This document shows, in pieces, positions 10,013 to 20,103 of a stretch of DNA of 64,000 nt (its first letter is position 1; each line of letters begins with the position of its first letter). The stretch is from a virus: the IMG/VR virus record IMGVR_UViG_3300022699_000302, positions 32,001 to 96,000 of that record; one strand, written 5' to 3'. The position numbers were made by a program, and so were the translations under genes. Below the pieces are notes generated by a model, which had not been told where the DNA came from, searched no databases, and saw nothing but the letters and a program-made list of their open reading frames with translations.

Positions 10013-10963
10013 ATGGCGAAAATCAAAATCTCACAAGACAACGCGTTTGTCTACGGGTACGACGACGGCACCAATATGCCGGAGTACTCAACTGACCATG
10101 GAGCTACGTGGAATGCCATCGGCGGGAGCGGAGGCGCTTTTCAGATTACTGCAGGTGGTGGCGCTGTCGCCGAGAACATCCACGATACTCGATCCACTCC
10201 TGGTGCCAATACTGTTGACGGCACAGCTGACGGTCAGTTCAACGCAGGTGTAGAGCCTGGCCTATTAGGTGGCGCACCCTATGGCACTGACGACGATTAC
10301 GCGACTGTGGGAGGCGGGTCCGACAACTATGCCGGCGCTCCTGGGTCCACCGTGGCAGGCGGTCAAGGAAACAGGATTGCCATAGCGGCTGACGACGCGT
10401 TTTCATGGGGTCGTGAGAATGATGTCGATCTTCCTGCAGGTTCTGCTACAGGCTATGAATCACAGGCTCGTAATACCAACGAGCGAGCTCATGCCTACCA
10501 GGAATACGCCGAAGGTAAGCAGCAGGAGCGGGTTGTTCTTTTGACCCGCGAATTTGATATCGGGGAAGGCGACAATCTTCCTCTTTACACTAACTTCATT
10601 GCCGGCGGTACCGAAGAATTCATCACTCTTTCTGACCACAGCTACCACGTTTCTGTGATGGTTCAGGGTAACCGTCTCGATGCTATCGCCGGGATGGCTA
10701 TGGCAGCCTGGCGTCTTGAAGCAGGGTTCTATCATTGGTCGGGAACCGGACTTGTTCTGGCAACTCCTGGTGTTTCGACGACATTCATCTGTAATACTAA
10801 TTCTTCGGTGTTCGACGTTGTTCCAACTCTTGCGGTAAGCGGCACAAACATTCGAGTGACCGGGTCTGATGATGGCTTGTCTCAGGGACCGATTCGATGG
10901 ATCGCCCGGATGGTTGTGACTGAGCTGGCACCGCTTCCGTTCTTCGGCGGCGGAGGAGCATAA
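10013..10963 (+). CDS. Putative tail fibre/virion protein
   Basis: Gly-rich; ATVGGGSDNYA...STVAGGQGNRI repeats are typical of trimeric fibre/adhesin heads. Confidence 0.6.
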   Translation: MAKIKISQDNAFVYGYDDGTNMPEYSTDHGATWNAIGGSGGAFQITAGGGAVAENIHDTRSTPGANTVDGTADGQFNAGVEPGLLGGAPYGTDDDYATVGGGSDNYAGAPGSTVAGGQGNRIAIAADDAFSWGRENDVDLPAGSATGYESQARNTNERAHAYQEYAEGKQQERVVLLTREFDIGEGDNLPLYTNFIAGGTEEFITLSDHSYHVSVMVQGNRLDAIAGMAMAAWRLEAGFYHWSGTGLVLATPGVSTTFICNTNSSVFDVVPTLAVSGTNIRVTGSDDGLSQGPIRWIARMVVTELAPLPFFGGGGA

Positions 10964-10972
10964 GGATCTGAT

Positions 10973-11704
10973 ATGGCGAATGTACGGTTTCCCAGAGACA
11001 ATTTTGATGCTACTTCCGATCCCGGAGTTGGTGACGACATCAATGACGGATACGGTCCGGGGTCTCGGTGGTACAACACCTCGTCAGGCGAGCTGTTCAT
11101 GTGCGATGATGCTTCGGTAGGCGCCGCTTCCTGGATCAACTTGAGCACGGCCGGAGGAGGCCTCTCCAAAGCCTCGCAGTTCATCTACGGTCACCTGGCA
11201 GAAGAGTTTGCTTTCGGAACGGCCTTCGGATCAGGGAAAGTTGTTATTCCGAACACCGATTTTACGGTCACGGATACCAACTTTCCTTCCAACTCGATCA
11301 TGACCATCGATGCCGGTTTCGTATTTAGGGTCAATTCTGGAGGAGGCCCGACGGGTGTCGCGGCCGATGTTCACCTTTCTTTGGATGGCGCCACACAATC
11401 TGTGGGTCGATCCTACGACACCAGTGGCATAGCTGAATTCGATATGGGGGTACGGTTCCAGGTGATCCGTGATAGTACGGACAAGTACCGTCGCGTAGGT
11501 CAAGTTATTGGCAACGACGAGAATGCGGTGGCGATCTTCAACGTCTTTGATGATCTAGGGTCTCCTCTTCCGACGCTCCCTGCTCGTCCCTTCACTGCAG
11601 AGCTGGAGTGGTTTGTCGGCTACAACTCTGCTGACGTAAGCATCGGAATGTACACGTACTCCGTTCAGATCTCTCAGCTGACCAGCGGCAGTATCGCATC
11701 CTAG
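10973..11704 (+). CDS. Putative tail fibre protein
   Basis: N-terminal DPGVGDDINDGYGPGSRWYNT...FMCDDASVGAASW, a motif common in phage fibre proteins. Confidence 0.65.
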   Translation: MANVRFPRDNFDATSDPGVGDDINDGYGPGSRWYNTSSGELFMCDDASVGAASWINLSTAGGGLSKASQFIYGHLAEEFAFGTAFGSGKVVIPNTDFTVTDTNFPSNSIMTIDAGFVFRVNSGGGPTGVAADVHLSLDGATQSVGRSYDTSGIAEFDMGVRFQVIRDSTDKYRRVGQVIGNDENAVAIFNVFDDLGSPLPTLPARPFTAELEWFVGYNSADVSIGMYTYSVQISQLTSGSIAS

Positions 11705-11707
11705 TCC

Positions 11708-11716
11708 TATACTGGT
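11708..11716 (+). promoter_or_regulatory. Putative late promoter motif TATACTGGT
   Basis: Exact 9-mer upstream of 11761. Confidence 0.5.
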
Positions 11717-11760
11717 TACCGTTCGGTGGGTTTGCCACCGAGATTTGAAATGGAGAAAGT

Positions 11761-13125
11761 ATGTCTACGAACCCTCTCGGCTCCCAACTGAAGTTGGCTT
11801 CCCGGGAAGATCGTCTGGCTCAGGAAATTGTCCAGATGCTGTCGACTATTCGTCGTGCTAGCGAAGGCAAGTTCCTCGAAGCTACGGCGCTTCTGTCTCG
11901 TGCGCGTGTTCCGGTTCGCGAGAGCCGCCTGCGTGTGGCCGACCTTCCGACTCTGCAGGCTGGCCACCTGCTCTTGACCGGCTTTGTCGATGAAGCCCTG
12001 CGTACCCGAAGCCTCACTGTTCCGTCTCGTGTCCGAGGCCCGCTCGATGTGGCTGGTATGGACGGTGGTCTGACGGCTGCTTCGACCGAACTCTTCACCC
12101 TCGAGGGTGCGGATGGCGCGGTTTACGATGCATTCGTATCTCACGGTACCACCAGCGATAGTCTTTTCGGTGCCTTTGGCTCCGGCGATCTCGGCGGTAC
12201 GACCACGAACTTCGCTCAGATCCAGGCTGGTGACGCGGTGCAACCGATCGTGTCCCTGCAGACCAACCGTACGGCTCTGGCCCGTTGCACCCAGGCAGCG
12301 GCGTTTAATGTGTTCCCCTGCACTATCGACTCGACCGGGTCGGTGGCTGTGGGCGCCGCGATTGGTGGTCTGACCGGTGTGGGTACCGATCGCCCGGTGA
12401 CTCGGGACTACACCGACGGGCGTTACCTCTGGTGCATCACGCAGGATACAGTCGGCACGCAGATTCGTCTGCACAAGCTCAATCTGAGTGACGGCACCGA
12501 GGAAGGTTACGAAACGATTACGGCTACTGCCGCTGGTGTGGGCCCTGTTGCGGTCTTCGCCTTTGGTGATGATGCTGTGGTTGTGGTCGAAGACTCTGGC
12601 GGTGTTCTGCGTGCCAACTACATCACGATTGCTGACGGCGCGGGTGCTGGTGCGGGTGTTGCCGCAACTGCGGGAACTGCGCTTCAGACGCCTGGCGGTG
12701 ACGAGCTGGAGAACCCTCTGGTCTCTGCTCCGTTCGATGATGTCGGCGGTTTGCCTAGCGGTCTTCGTCTGTTCTTGGATCCCGAAACGATTCCGAGCTC
12801 GGAGCCGCAGCAACGCATCGACATCTATCCCGCTGAAGGTGCGGCCGGTAACGTCCAGACCAGTATCCTGGGTCTCAACGGTTTCCGTACTGGAGGTGAT
12901 GTAGGAGTCTCTGGATCGGGTCGTAACATCGTTGCGATTGATGATGCGGCTGATGACATCGCGGTGCTCTACGATGTGGTCAATGGCGAACAGCTCGCGG
13001 TCCAAGATCTCGGCAAGTTTGTTGCCGCGATCGACCGAGTCGCTCCTGTGTCGGTCAACGATCAGATCTTGCTGAATGCAACCTACGCCACGGTCGAACA
13101 GATCCTGGAAGTTTCGATTGAGTAA
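11761..13125 (+). CDS. Putative virion structural protein
   Basis: 454 aa, Gly/Ala/Thr/Asp-rich, strong codon bias, in the structural module. Confidence 0.6.
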   Translation: MSTNPLGSQLKLASREDRLAQEIVQMLSTIRRASEGKFLEATALLSRARVPVRESRLRVADLPTLQAGHLLLTGFVDEALRTRSLTVPSRVRGPLDVAGMDGGLTAASTELFTLEGADGAVYDAFVSHGTTSDSLFGAFGSGDLGGTTTNFAQIQAGDAVQPIVSLQTNRTALARCTQAAAFNVFPCTIDSTGSVAVGAAIGGLTGVGTDRPVTRDYTDGRYLWCITQDTVGTQIRLHKLNLSDGTEEGYETITATAAGVGPVAVFAFGDDAVVVVEDSGGVLRANYITIADGAGAGAGVAATAGTALQTPGGDELENPLVSAPFDDVGGLPSGLRLFLDPETIPSSEPQQRIDIYPAEGAAGNVQTSILGLNGFRTGGDVGVSGSGRNIVAIDDAADDIAVLYDVVNGEQLAVQDLGKFVAAIDRVAPVSVNDQILLNATYATVEQILEVSIE

Positions 13126-13157
13126 GGTACCCTATCCCAGTCAAGGGTGGTGCTCGG

Positions 13158-13191
13158 GAAGAGGTCGGTTCGCCGGCCTCTTCTCTTTTTT
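13158..13191 (+). terminator. Intrinsic terminator
   Basis: GAAGAGGTCGG-TTCG-CCGGCCTCTTC followed by a T-tract. Confidence 0.85.
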
Positions 13192-13279
13192 ATCTATCAA
13201 CTTGACTTGTCTTCATGTTCGAAGTGAAATGCAGGTGGTCACGCCCTATTCCTCCATTACCAAAATTCGCAGGTATTGT

Positions 13280-13288
13280 GGTCTAAGG
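13280..13288 (+). promoter_or_regulatory. Possible early promoter variant GGTCTAAGG
   Basis: Context TGGTCTAAGGGATTGAG resembles the 3388 copy. Confidence 0.35.
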
Positions 13289-13425
13289 GATTGAGTAGGA
13301 CGTTTAGCTGGTGAAACGGCGACACACAAGTTCAAGCGCTTAGCTTTTGTTTTAGAGTGTTGTCGGCGTGGCCCACGAGCATTCGTTCTTTTGTTTTTTC
13401 TTCCAGGAAGATTGGAGATTTTCTG

Positions 13426-13839
13426 ATGGACAAGACTGACAAGTTGATCAATGTCGTCGAGAACATGAACGAGCGTCAGGACCGAGTCAACTCGGACATC
13501 GACGGTCGTCTCACGCGTCTCGAGAAGGGCAAGGTCAAGGCCGTGCGCCCGTCCAAGCCCTTCGGTCAGCGTGTTTCCGGTGCCGCCAAGGTCGCGGCCT
13601 ACGCTGGCCCCCGCTTCGGCCTGTTCGTCATCGTGACGCTCGCCTCGATCGCCGGCGCAATGCTGGGCTACGAGGCCGTGTTCACCGATGCCGGACTCTC
13701 GCAGCCGGCCTGGATCGGCCTCTTCGGCTGCTCTGCCATGGTGCTGCCTCTGAGCATCGCCACGTTCGTCACCCGCAAGAAGAACGCCTACAAGGCCGTC
13801 AAGGTGAACGACGTCGGGAGCCGCTACGCCAACTTTTAG
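13426..13839 (+). CDS. Membrane protein, 2 TM
   Basis: Two hydrophobic segments; GGAGA RBS. Confidence 0.75.
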   Translation: MDKTDKLINVVENMNERQDRVNSDIDGRLTRLEKGKVKAVRPSKPFGQRVSGAAKVAAYAGPRFGLFVIVTLASIAGAMLGYEAVFTDAGLSQPAWIGLFGCSAMVLPLSIATFVTRKKNAYKAVKVNDVGSRYANF

Positions 13840-13876
13840 TCCAAGGCTTTAGAGCCAAAGACTGAAGGAGGGTCTT

Positions 13877-14509
13877 ATGAGGTTCTTCCGAAAGAAGAGG
13901 CGGTACAAGGAAGCCGACATGTCTTCCGAGTTGAAGCAGATCCGACAGACTGCGCAGGCAACTGAGCAGCCCAGTTGGGACGATCGACTCGAGGAAATGG
14001 CGGTGGAAGTGTCCCACCTCGCATCCCTTCTGGAACACCAGAAGGACACGGCTCCTCAGTCGAAGGTGGAGGGACCCAATGCTGGTTCGGATCTTGAGCG
14101 TCGTCTCAATGCGTTGATCGACATCGTCGATCAGCTCAACGAGAAGGATGTCAAGATGCAGGACAGCATCGCAGACCTCCGACGGAGAGTGAGTCGTAAC
14201 GAAGCCGAGACCGAGGAAATCGCATCCACGGTTCAAAAGCTTCGTGACGAGTACGAGCCGAAAGACTTTCGAGGGTTGCTGCAGAACTCTCCGAAGTGGG
14301 TACAAAAGATGTACTTCCCGGCACGCACGGCCCTGGCCGTATCGATTGCAGGCATCATTCTGAGCGTCAGCGGAGGCCACGCTGCCGGCGCCTTGGAATG
14401 GTCTTCCCTGCAAGAGGTAGGTCATGCCGCCGGCGCGATGTTCCTGGGAACCGCTATCGCGATGGCTCTGCTGTCGTGGGTGACCAGGCCCAGGAAGTTC
14501 AAGTTCTAG
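13877..14509 (+). CDS. Coiled-coil membrane protein, 2 C-terminal TM
   Basis: GGAGG RBS; heptads followed by two hydrophobic segments. Confidence 0.75.
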   Translation: MRFFRKKRRYKEADMSSELKQIRQTAQATEQPSWDDRLEEMAVEVSHLASLLEHQKDTAPQSKVEGPNAGSDLERRLNALIDIVDQLNEKDVKMQDSIADLRRRVSRNEAETEEIASTVQKLRDEYEPKDFRGLLQNSPKWVQKMYFPARTALAVSIAGIILSVSGGHAAGALEWSSLQEVGHAAGAMFLGTAIAMALLSWVTRPRKFKF

Positions 14510-14645
14510 AGTTGGGGGAGGACAGCCGCGTCCGCTGTCCTCCCCTCTCTCACTCCTTTCTTTTTTGATCAAGTATCAGGCCCTAGCTACCCCCGTGGCT
14601 GAGGGCCGTTTTTATCCGTCAAGTGAACGGGGATTCTACGAAAAT

Positions 14646-14668
14646 ATGGCTGCGTCGGATGCAGCCAA
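14646..14668. repeat. 23-bp palindromic element, copy 2
   Basis: ATGGCTGCGTCGGATGCAGCCAA directly before the RBS of 14680. Confidence 0.8.
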
Positions 14669-14679
14669 GAGGAGGTGCA

Positions 14680-15531
14680 ATGTTCAACCCAGACCATTGG
14701 CTGTGTCCTGGATGTGGGTCGGGACTAGAAAATATCGTAGTCGTGAATGAAGAGTACTCGTCTCAGGTTAATCTGTATGGTCCCGTATTTTCATCGAAGT
14801 CCCCGGGTACACCGCTCACTGATGAGTACATAAAAACTGTTCATGACAATGTTCATGATGAGGGCTGCATAGGCTATGAGTGTCAGGCCTGCACCCTGGA
14901 GTTCTCCAGTCTTGTTCCGGCTGAAGACTCCATCGATAAGGCTTTGTTTGAAGCTCAGAATGACCCTGCATTCGCCGAGCTCATCTCAGTGGTACCCGAA
15001 GGGTTCCGTATGCTTTTCCTCCAACCCAACGGATCTATTTTTGCTGGTGTAAATGCACCCCTACCATCGCCAGGTGGTTGGATACACGGTGGTCCTCTGT
15101 CCTACCAAGGAACCATTGCTCCGATCGTCGAGCATGTGCCCGAGCACATGGATCAGATCACCAAGCTTTACCGTAACCACACCGAACACACCATGCTTGG
15201 AGAACGATTTCTCCACGACGACTTAGACCGGTATCTCTGGACGACGACCTACAACGAAATCGTCATCCATCAAGCGGCCAAAACGGCTGCCCTCTTCCCT
15301 CAGTCGGTGGTTAATGGCGCGCTCTACGATAGCGTGGTGGAAGCTCGCCAGAAGGTCTTGAAGTCGTTTACGTGTTACAAAGACGAGAAAACAGGGGTCA
15401 CCAAGATTGACTTCGCCGCCCCCGTAAAAGCCAAGATGCCGGAGAGCGATCATCCTCTCTCGGGATCTAAAGGGAATGAACCTTGGTGGAAGGTTCGTAG
15501 CTTAATTGAAATGAGTATGGTGACACCATGA
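14680..15531 (+). CDS. WW-motif family protein with N-terminal Zn ribbon
   Basis: CPGC...CQAC; ends WWKVRSLIEM. Confidence 0.75.
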   Translation: MFNPDHWLCPGCGSGLENIVVVNEEYSSQVNLYGPVFSSKSPGTPLTDEYIKTVHDNVHDEGCIGYECQACTLEFSSLVPAEDSIDKALFEAQNDPAFAELISVVPEGFRMLFLQPNGSIFAGVNAPLPSPGGWIHGGPLSYQGTIAPIVEHVPEHMDQITKLYRNHTEHTMLGERFLHDDLDRYLWTTTYNEIVIHQAAKTAALFPQSVVNGALYDSVVEARQKVLKSFTCYKDEKTGVTKIDFAAPVKAKMPESDHPLSGSKGNEPWWKVRSLIEMSMVTP

Positions 15532-16220
15532 AGAAACTGAACAGGCTGATCTATAAAGCGCTAACACCTTTGATGTGGGTTGTTGGAGTGATTGTCGGCG
15601 GCATGTCTTGGATCCATGCAAGGCTTTGGAGGCGCGTAGCTCAGCCCGAACTTCCCAAATCTTTTGAGCCCAAACAGTTGAAGGCTTCTTATGGGCCGAC
15701 TGCGTACTTCCAGTCGACATACACACAGTCGACATATACGCCGTTGGCGTACAAAGGAGGAGGCTTTGGCTTGGGTGCGGGCATCTTCAATGCTGCTCTC
15801 CCCCATCAAGGACTCACTGCTGCACAGATCCAGATCTCAAGATACTTTCAACTGCATCAGTCGATCTTATCGGTCCAACAATGGCTTCAGGGACTGAGTA
15901 GGCAGGGGGAGATACGGGATATTAGCTTTGGATGCGCAAAGGCTGAAGTCCTGGATGATCCGGCTTTTTCTGTCAGCACAAAGACCGAAATAAAGATTCC
16001 GATTTTTGCATCGGTAGAATCCAATAAGCAGGTCCTGGAGAGATCCCGAGTATTCTCTCTGTCCTCTCTTGTCCCGCTCAGTCAGTTCTTGACCAAAGCA
16101 CAGGCCCTCGCCGACCGTTATGTCACGATTTCACCAAAACCAGAAATTCAGCTGATCGAACGATTGTGGTGGAACAGACCACGGTTCGATGAGCTTCATC
16201 TCCAAAAGAAGGGCGCTTAG
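15528..16220 (+). CDS. WW-motif family protein with N-terminal TM
   Basis: Ends WWNRPRFDEL. Confidence 0.75.
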   Translation: MKKLNRLIYKALTPLMWVVGVIVGGMSWIHARLWRRVAQPELPKSFEPKQLKASYGPTAYFQSTYTQSTYTPLAYKGGGFGLGAGIFNAALPHQGLTAAQIQISRYFQLHQSILSVQQWLQGLSRQGEIRDISFGCAKAEVLDDPAFSVSTKTEIKIPIFASVESNKQVLERSRVFSLSSLVPLSQFLTKAQALADRYVTISPKPEIQLIERLWWNRPRFDELHLQKKGA

Positions 16221-16236
16221 GCGCCCTTTTCTTTTA
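16205..16236 (+). terminator. Intrinsic terminator, possibly bidirectional
   Basis: AAGGGCGC-TTAG-GCGCCCTT flanked by A- and T-tracts. Confidence 0.75.
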
Positions 16237-16243
16237 GTTCTAT

Positions 16244-16252
16244 GGCCTAAGA
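16244..16252 (+). promoter_or_regulatory. Putative early promoter motif GGCCTAAGA
   Basis: Follows the terminator, upstream of 16278. Confidence 0.65.
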
Positions 16253-16277
16253 AGATGAGTCCTTTTTGGAGAGTCTT

Positions 16278-16727
16278 ATGCCAACATACGCTAAATCCCT
16301 AAGGCCCGTCCTTCCGATGCGAAAAGCGCTGCCTGAGTCTCGTGGGGAGCTAAGGTCTGCAGCTTGTCGGGCCTACAGGGCGTCCGATGGGTGGCTTTAT
16401 GTTTTACCGGCAGCAGATTATTTGCCTCCTGAAGTAGTTTCTCAGGCTATCGACCACGGGTTCAAGACCATCACGCTGGGAAAAGACTGTTTCAACTACT
16501 TCGACAAGGATCCGTCTGCTAGCTGGTGTTCCGGTCACGGAGGGGATTGGCCGGGATATCATGGGAAATCGGATACGTATTTTCACCGAATCTTAATTTC
16601 AAAGATCTCCGCTGTCACAGTTTTCCGTGTCGATGAATTCGGTCGTGAGTGGTGGAAATCGCCGGCTCTGCATGAGCTGAACATGGGAGCGCAGTCAGGA
16701 GGGTCTAATAGTGAAAGAGTCGAGTGA
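16278..16727 (+). CDS. WW-motif family protein
   Basis: Ends WWKSPALHEL. Confidence 0.75.
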   Translation: MPTYAKSLRPVLPMRKALPESRGELRSAACRAYRASDGWLYVLPAADYLPPEVVSQAIDHGFKTITLGKDCFNYFDKDPSASWCSGHGGDWPGYHGKSDTYFHRILISKISAVTVFRVDEFGREWWKSPALHELNMGAQSGGSNSERVE

Positions 16728-17211
16728 CGTCAATACAGAGAGACAGATCAACCTAGCCCTCACCCGCATGACTTACGAATTGACAGACCTTTTGCCTCGC
16801 ACCACCTTACAGGAGTATGTGGGAGAGTTGTTTGATCGTGCGGCGTACATCTCAGTCGACGGTTCTGGAAGTGTATGGGCATGGACTGTCAAACCTCGTC
16901 TTCACACGCCTTACAATGGAGCCGTTATTTGGGATGCTCCTTTTGAAGAGGAGCCTGATGATGTCGGCTGTCACCTCGTAGGGCTTAGTACTGTCCTGGC
17001 GGGTGTCATGGCCTCGTGTCATCTTACCCCTTTTGTTTGGTTCGACGAGGGTGAGAATGCCTGGTGGATGAACGCCGACGAGGCATGCCTGGAGCTTACC
17101 CCCAATCTCACCTTCCAGGACATATTCCTGAGTCTGCTGGGTGGTCGGAAAAAGATTGAAAGAGACTGGTGGAACCACACCAGTTTCAGGGAGCTTATTC
17201 TTCATGAATAG
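16711..17211 (+). CDS. WW-motif family protein
   Basis: Ends RDWWNHTSFREL. Confidence 0.75.
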   Translation: MKESSDVNTERQINLALTRMTYELTDLLPRTTLQEYVGELFDRAAYISVDGSGSVWAWTVKPRLHTPYNGAVIWDAPFEEEPDDVGCHLVGLSTVLAGVMASCHLTPFVWFDEGENAWWMNADEACLELTPNLTFQDIFLSLLGGRKKIERDWWNHTSFRELILHE

Positions 17212-17728
17212 CAATAACGAATTTCGTGACAAACAGGTGTTGCGACGTGCTATTATCAGGTCTTACTTCTCGAATTACTTGAGAGGTGTAGGCTCCTCAG
17301 AGTCTTTATGGCGTTCCGCTACCACTTACATCCAAGAGCGGGCGTTATCGCTGACTTCGGAGTCTGCTGCATTCATGGCGATTGATCCTTATTTCCAGTT
17401 CTACGCGTACTCAGCCAAGCCGATTTGGAGAGGGGGTGTGTTTACTCGGCCGGAGTGGCACCCGAATGGCTCTCGATGGTCGAAGATGACTTGTTTGAGT
17501 TTGAGAGGATTGTCGGCGCGTGACGCCCTTTCGGAAATGCTACTGATCGACACCCAGACCGAGGGGTGGGGCGACGGTTTCTACTGGGATCGCGCCATCA
17601 TCAGTAGAGACGAGTCTATCTCAATATTGCTCGATAGGTTGCTGGGTTTTTGCCCCGGAATTGAGTTGTCGAAGAAGGAGTGGTGGAAATTTCCCGTGAT
17701 GTCGGAACTGGTAATGCATAGGGCCTAA
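17204..17728 (+). CDS. WW-motif family protein
   Basis: Ends KEWWKFPVMSEL. Confidence 0.75.
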   Translation: MNSNNEFRDKQVLRRAIIRSYFSNYLRGVGSSESLWRSATTYIQERALSLTSESAAFMAIDPYFQFYAYSAKPIWRGGVFTRPEWHPNGSRWSKMTCLSLRGLSARDALSEMLLIDTQTEGWGDGFYWDRAIISRDESISILLDRLLGFCPGIELSKKEWWKFPVMSELVMHRA

Positions 17729-17730
17729 GA
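17722..17730 (+). promoter_or_regulatory. Putative early promoter motif GGCCTAAGA
   Basis: GGCCTAAGACAACAGAG upstream of 17760. Confidence 0.6.
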
Positions 17731-17759
17731 CAACAGAGAAACTTCAACCAGGAGAGGGT

Positions 17760-18020
17760 ATGACTGAGTTTAGTAAGACCTCAGAAGAGGCAGAGTACTT
17801 TGTGATCGCAAACAACAAGGATGAATTCTTGTTGGACAAGAACAACAAGGAATTTCCTTCAATTGTTTTCGTACGACAATTGCGTCGAGCTCATCGGTAC
17901 ACCAAACTAGAGGTGGCTGAAGCCGACGCAATCCATTTCAAGAAGGCGTTGAACCTTGCCGACATCTATGTCGTGGAGGTCAAAGAAACGATCGATTACG
18001 CGATGAGATCATGTCTATAA
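17760..18020 (+). CDS. Hypothetical protein
   Basis: AGGAGAGG RBS; lacks the WW motif. Confidence 0.7.
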   Translation: MTEFSKTSEEAEYFVIANNKDEFLLDKNNKEFPSIVFVRQLRRAHRYTKLEVAEADAIHFKKALNLADIYVVEVKETIDYAMRSCL

Positions 18021-18101
18021 ACAAAAAAGGGCCAACCCCCTAAGTCCTTTGCCGAACAGCTCAAGCAGGCCGAGAAGCAAAAGGTCAAATGGCTGGAGTC
18101 G

Positions 18102-18545
18102 GTGATCAAGAAAATGAAAGCGAAATATATAACAATGAGTAGTGGCTATCCCTTCGAAAAGTATGAACAACACAACTACCGTGTTCTCCAGGAAGATGAG
18201 GAAAAACGGGAAGACTTCTTTCAGAAGCTGTCGCACCGAACCGGATTCGAGGTTCGCGCGATCTCCTGGGTCCGAGATCGTGGGTGGGTAGCTTGGAGTT
18301 ATGACATCGAGTACGACCGATTGCCTTTTGTCGGCATCGCGTCGAATTGGAGGAAGGCAGGGGGCCGGCCGCTCTTACCTCAGGACCACAGTTCCCGTAT
18401 CTTGGATTGCCAAATCACGATGGTCCCTCCGGTCGGGGTAAACCAGGAAGAAGCGACCCTAGTTTTGCGGTATCCCCGTGACCCCAGCAGGTGGTGGATC
18501 TACCCCAGATTCGAAGAGCTGAGGACTTGCCGGCAATCGGCATAG
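18102..18545 (+). CDS. WW-motif family protein
   Basis: Ends RWWIYPRFEEL. Confidence 0.7.
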   Translation: MIKKMKAKYITMSSGYPFEKYEQHNYRVLQEDEEKREDFFQKLSHRTGFEVRAISWVRDRGWVAWSYDIEYDRLPFVGIASNWRKAGGRPLLPQDHSSRILDCQITMVPPVGVNQEEATLVLRYPRDPSRWWIYPRFEELRTCRQSA

Positions 18546-18609
18546 ACTTATTCATTCATTTCTATTTCGAAGCGCGGACGAACCGCGCTTCTTTCATTGG
18601 GGAGGAGTT

Positions 18610-19110
18610 ATGGAAGAAGACGCTGAAGCATCGAATGAGAATCTTCCTGATATTCTAGAAGAACTAGAGCTGCTCGATGCCACAGAGGACGCCCAGGAGG
18701 CTCACGGAATCCCTCCGACGGTCGAATACCCTTTCAGGTTACTGAAGAGGTCCGCTGAAGCACGAGCCGAGCTCTTCGCTATGATCGAGGAAAGATCCTC
18801 GCTAAAAGGTCCGTTCAAGTGTGTGGTCTATCAGCCCACCCTCAGGTCATGGATTACAACCACTGGGATGGTTGAGTTTGAGGGTAAAGCGTGGTTTTGG
18901 GCACGGGGTAAAAACGGAAACCGGTTATACGGCAATACCAAGGACCTGGTGAGTCTTCGGTTGGATGTGGTTCTTCTGTCAGATCTGGACAAAAAGCTCA
19001 GCTTCCAGAATCGAATCATTATCAACGACCGATTCAATCGGTTTTCCCGGCGGGAGTGGTGGAAGGAGGCCCGCATGGCTGAGATGAGGATGGTGAACCA
19101 TGGCGACTAA
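18610..19110 (+). CDS. WW-motif family protein
   Basis: Ends REWWKEARMAEM. Confidence 0.75.
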   Translation: MEEDAEASNENLPDILEELELLDATEDAQEAHGIPPTVEYPFRLLKRSAEARAELFAMIEERSSLKGPFKCVVYQPTLRSWITTTGMVEFEGKAWFWARGKNGNRLYGNTKDLVSLRLDVVLLSDLDKKLSFQNRIIINDRFNRFSRREWWKEARMAEMRMVNHGD

Positions 19111-19588
19111 TGATTCAACCCAGACCTATCAGGCCTGGTACATCGGATACAAACCCGACGGAACCAATTCGCCTCCTGCATATGCAGGGATAAATAACTC
19201 TTGGACTATGGTGCTGAACTACGAAAGGGTGAAATCGGATCCCGAGTATCGGAATAGGGTGCTTAAGACTATTCTCAACGATAAGGGGTGGGAAAACAGT
19301 CAATGCATATTTCTTGGGCGGAAACGCAGCGGCGTCTGGATGGTTTATTCTTATCCGACCCGGTGGAGCTCTTATTTCCAGAACTGGCTTCTGGACGAGG
19401 ATCGTGGAGCTTCTATCCCTCTAAGCGATCATAGATCTCGTCCTCTGGCTGAATTTGGTATCGACCTAATTACTGACAAAGATCTTAGCGAGCCCGTAGG
19501 TATGTACCTCCTGGGCGAGGATCTGCCTATTCAGCGGGACTGGTGGAAGCACAGTAGATTCAAGGAGATCACATGCAGGAAGGCTTAA
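19100..19588 (+). CDS. WW-motif family protein
   Basis: Ends RDWWKHSRFKEI. Confidence 0.75.
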   Translation: MATNDSTQTYQAWYIGYKPDGTNSPPAYAGINNSWTMVLNYERVKSDPEYRNRVLKTILNDKGWENSQCIFLGRKRSGVWMVYSYPTRWSSYFQNWLLDEDRGASIPLSDHRSRPLAEFGIDLITDKDLSEPVGMYLLGEDLPIQRDWWKHSRFKEITCRKA

Positions 19589-20103
19589 CGCCTCAGACGA
19601 TCCAGGATCGTCTTTCCATAATTGCGAACTCTATTTTTGAGCTAACTAAGGACGTAGCGGTCTGGGAGATCGACCAGATCTACCACGTCGTTTATTTTCC
19701 GAATTCATGGGCTCGTTTTCTGGTCTTTCCTCTCAATACCGAATTTACTTTTCTTGACGACAAATACCTGGTCATGTGGCCGACTAGTGTGACTCCGATT
19801 CCGACATGTCGAACCGACGGTCTTAGTTTAGAAAGCTCCCTCAAGAAAGCAGGTCTTTGTCCTGATCAGGAGCGTGGGTTGATCTTCAACATGGTGCTCT
19901 CAGATCCTGAGGGTTCATGGGAGCATGAGGCCCGAGCCACAAGGTCTTCCTATGTCATTGATCATATCGGCGGCGGTGTGCTGATCCCTTTGTCTCGATG
20001 GCTTGCGCGCCCCGCCCTCATGAAAACATGGTGGAACCACTCCCACCTGAAGGAGCTTGTGTTGGTCGCATCGGATGCAGCCAAGGAGGAGATCAGTGAC
20101 TGA
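19573..20103 (+). CDS. WW-motif family protein
   Basis: Ends TWWNHSHLKEL. Confidence 0.75.
   Translation: MQEGLTPQTIQDRLSIIANSIFELTKDVAVWEIDQIYHVVYFPNSWARFLVFPLNTEFTFLDDKYLVMWPTSVTPIPTCRTDGLSLESSLKKAGLCPDQERGLIFNMVLSDPEGSWEHEARATRSSYVIDHIGGGVLIPLSRWLARPALMKTWWNHSHLKELVLVASDAAKEEISD
20062..20084. repeat. 23-bp palindromic element, copy 3
   Basis: TTGGTCGCATCGGATGCAGCCAA before the RBS of 20096. Confidence 0.75.

Noticed and set aside
11716-13005. 429-aa minus-strand ORF
   Set aside because: Antisense shadow of the strongly codon-biased 11761..13125 gene; no RBS, implausible composition.
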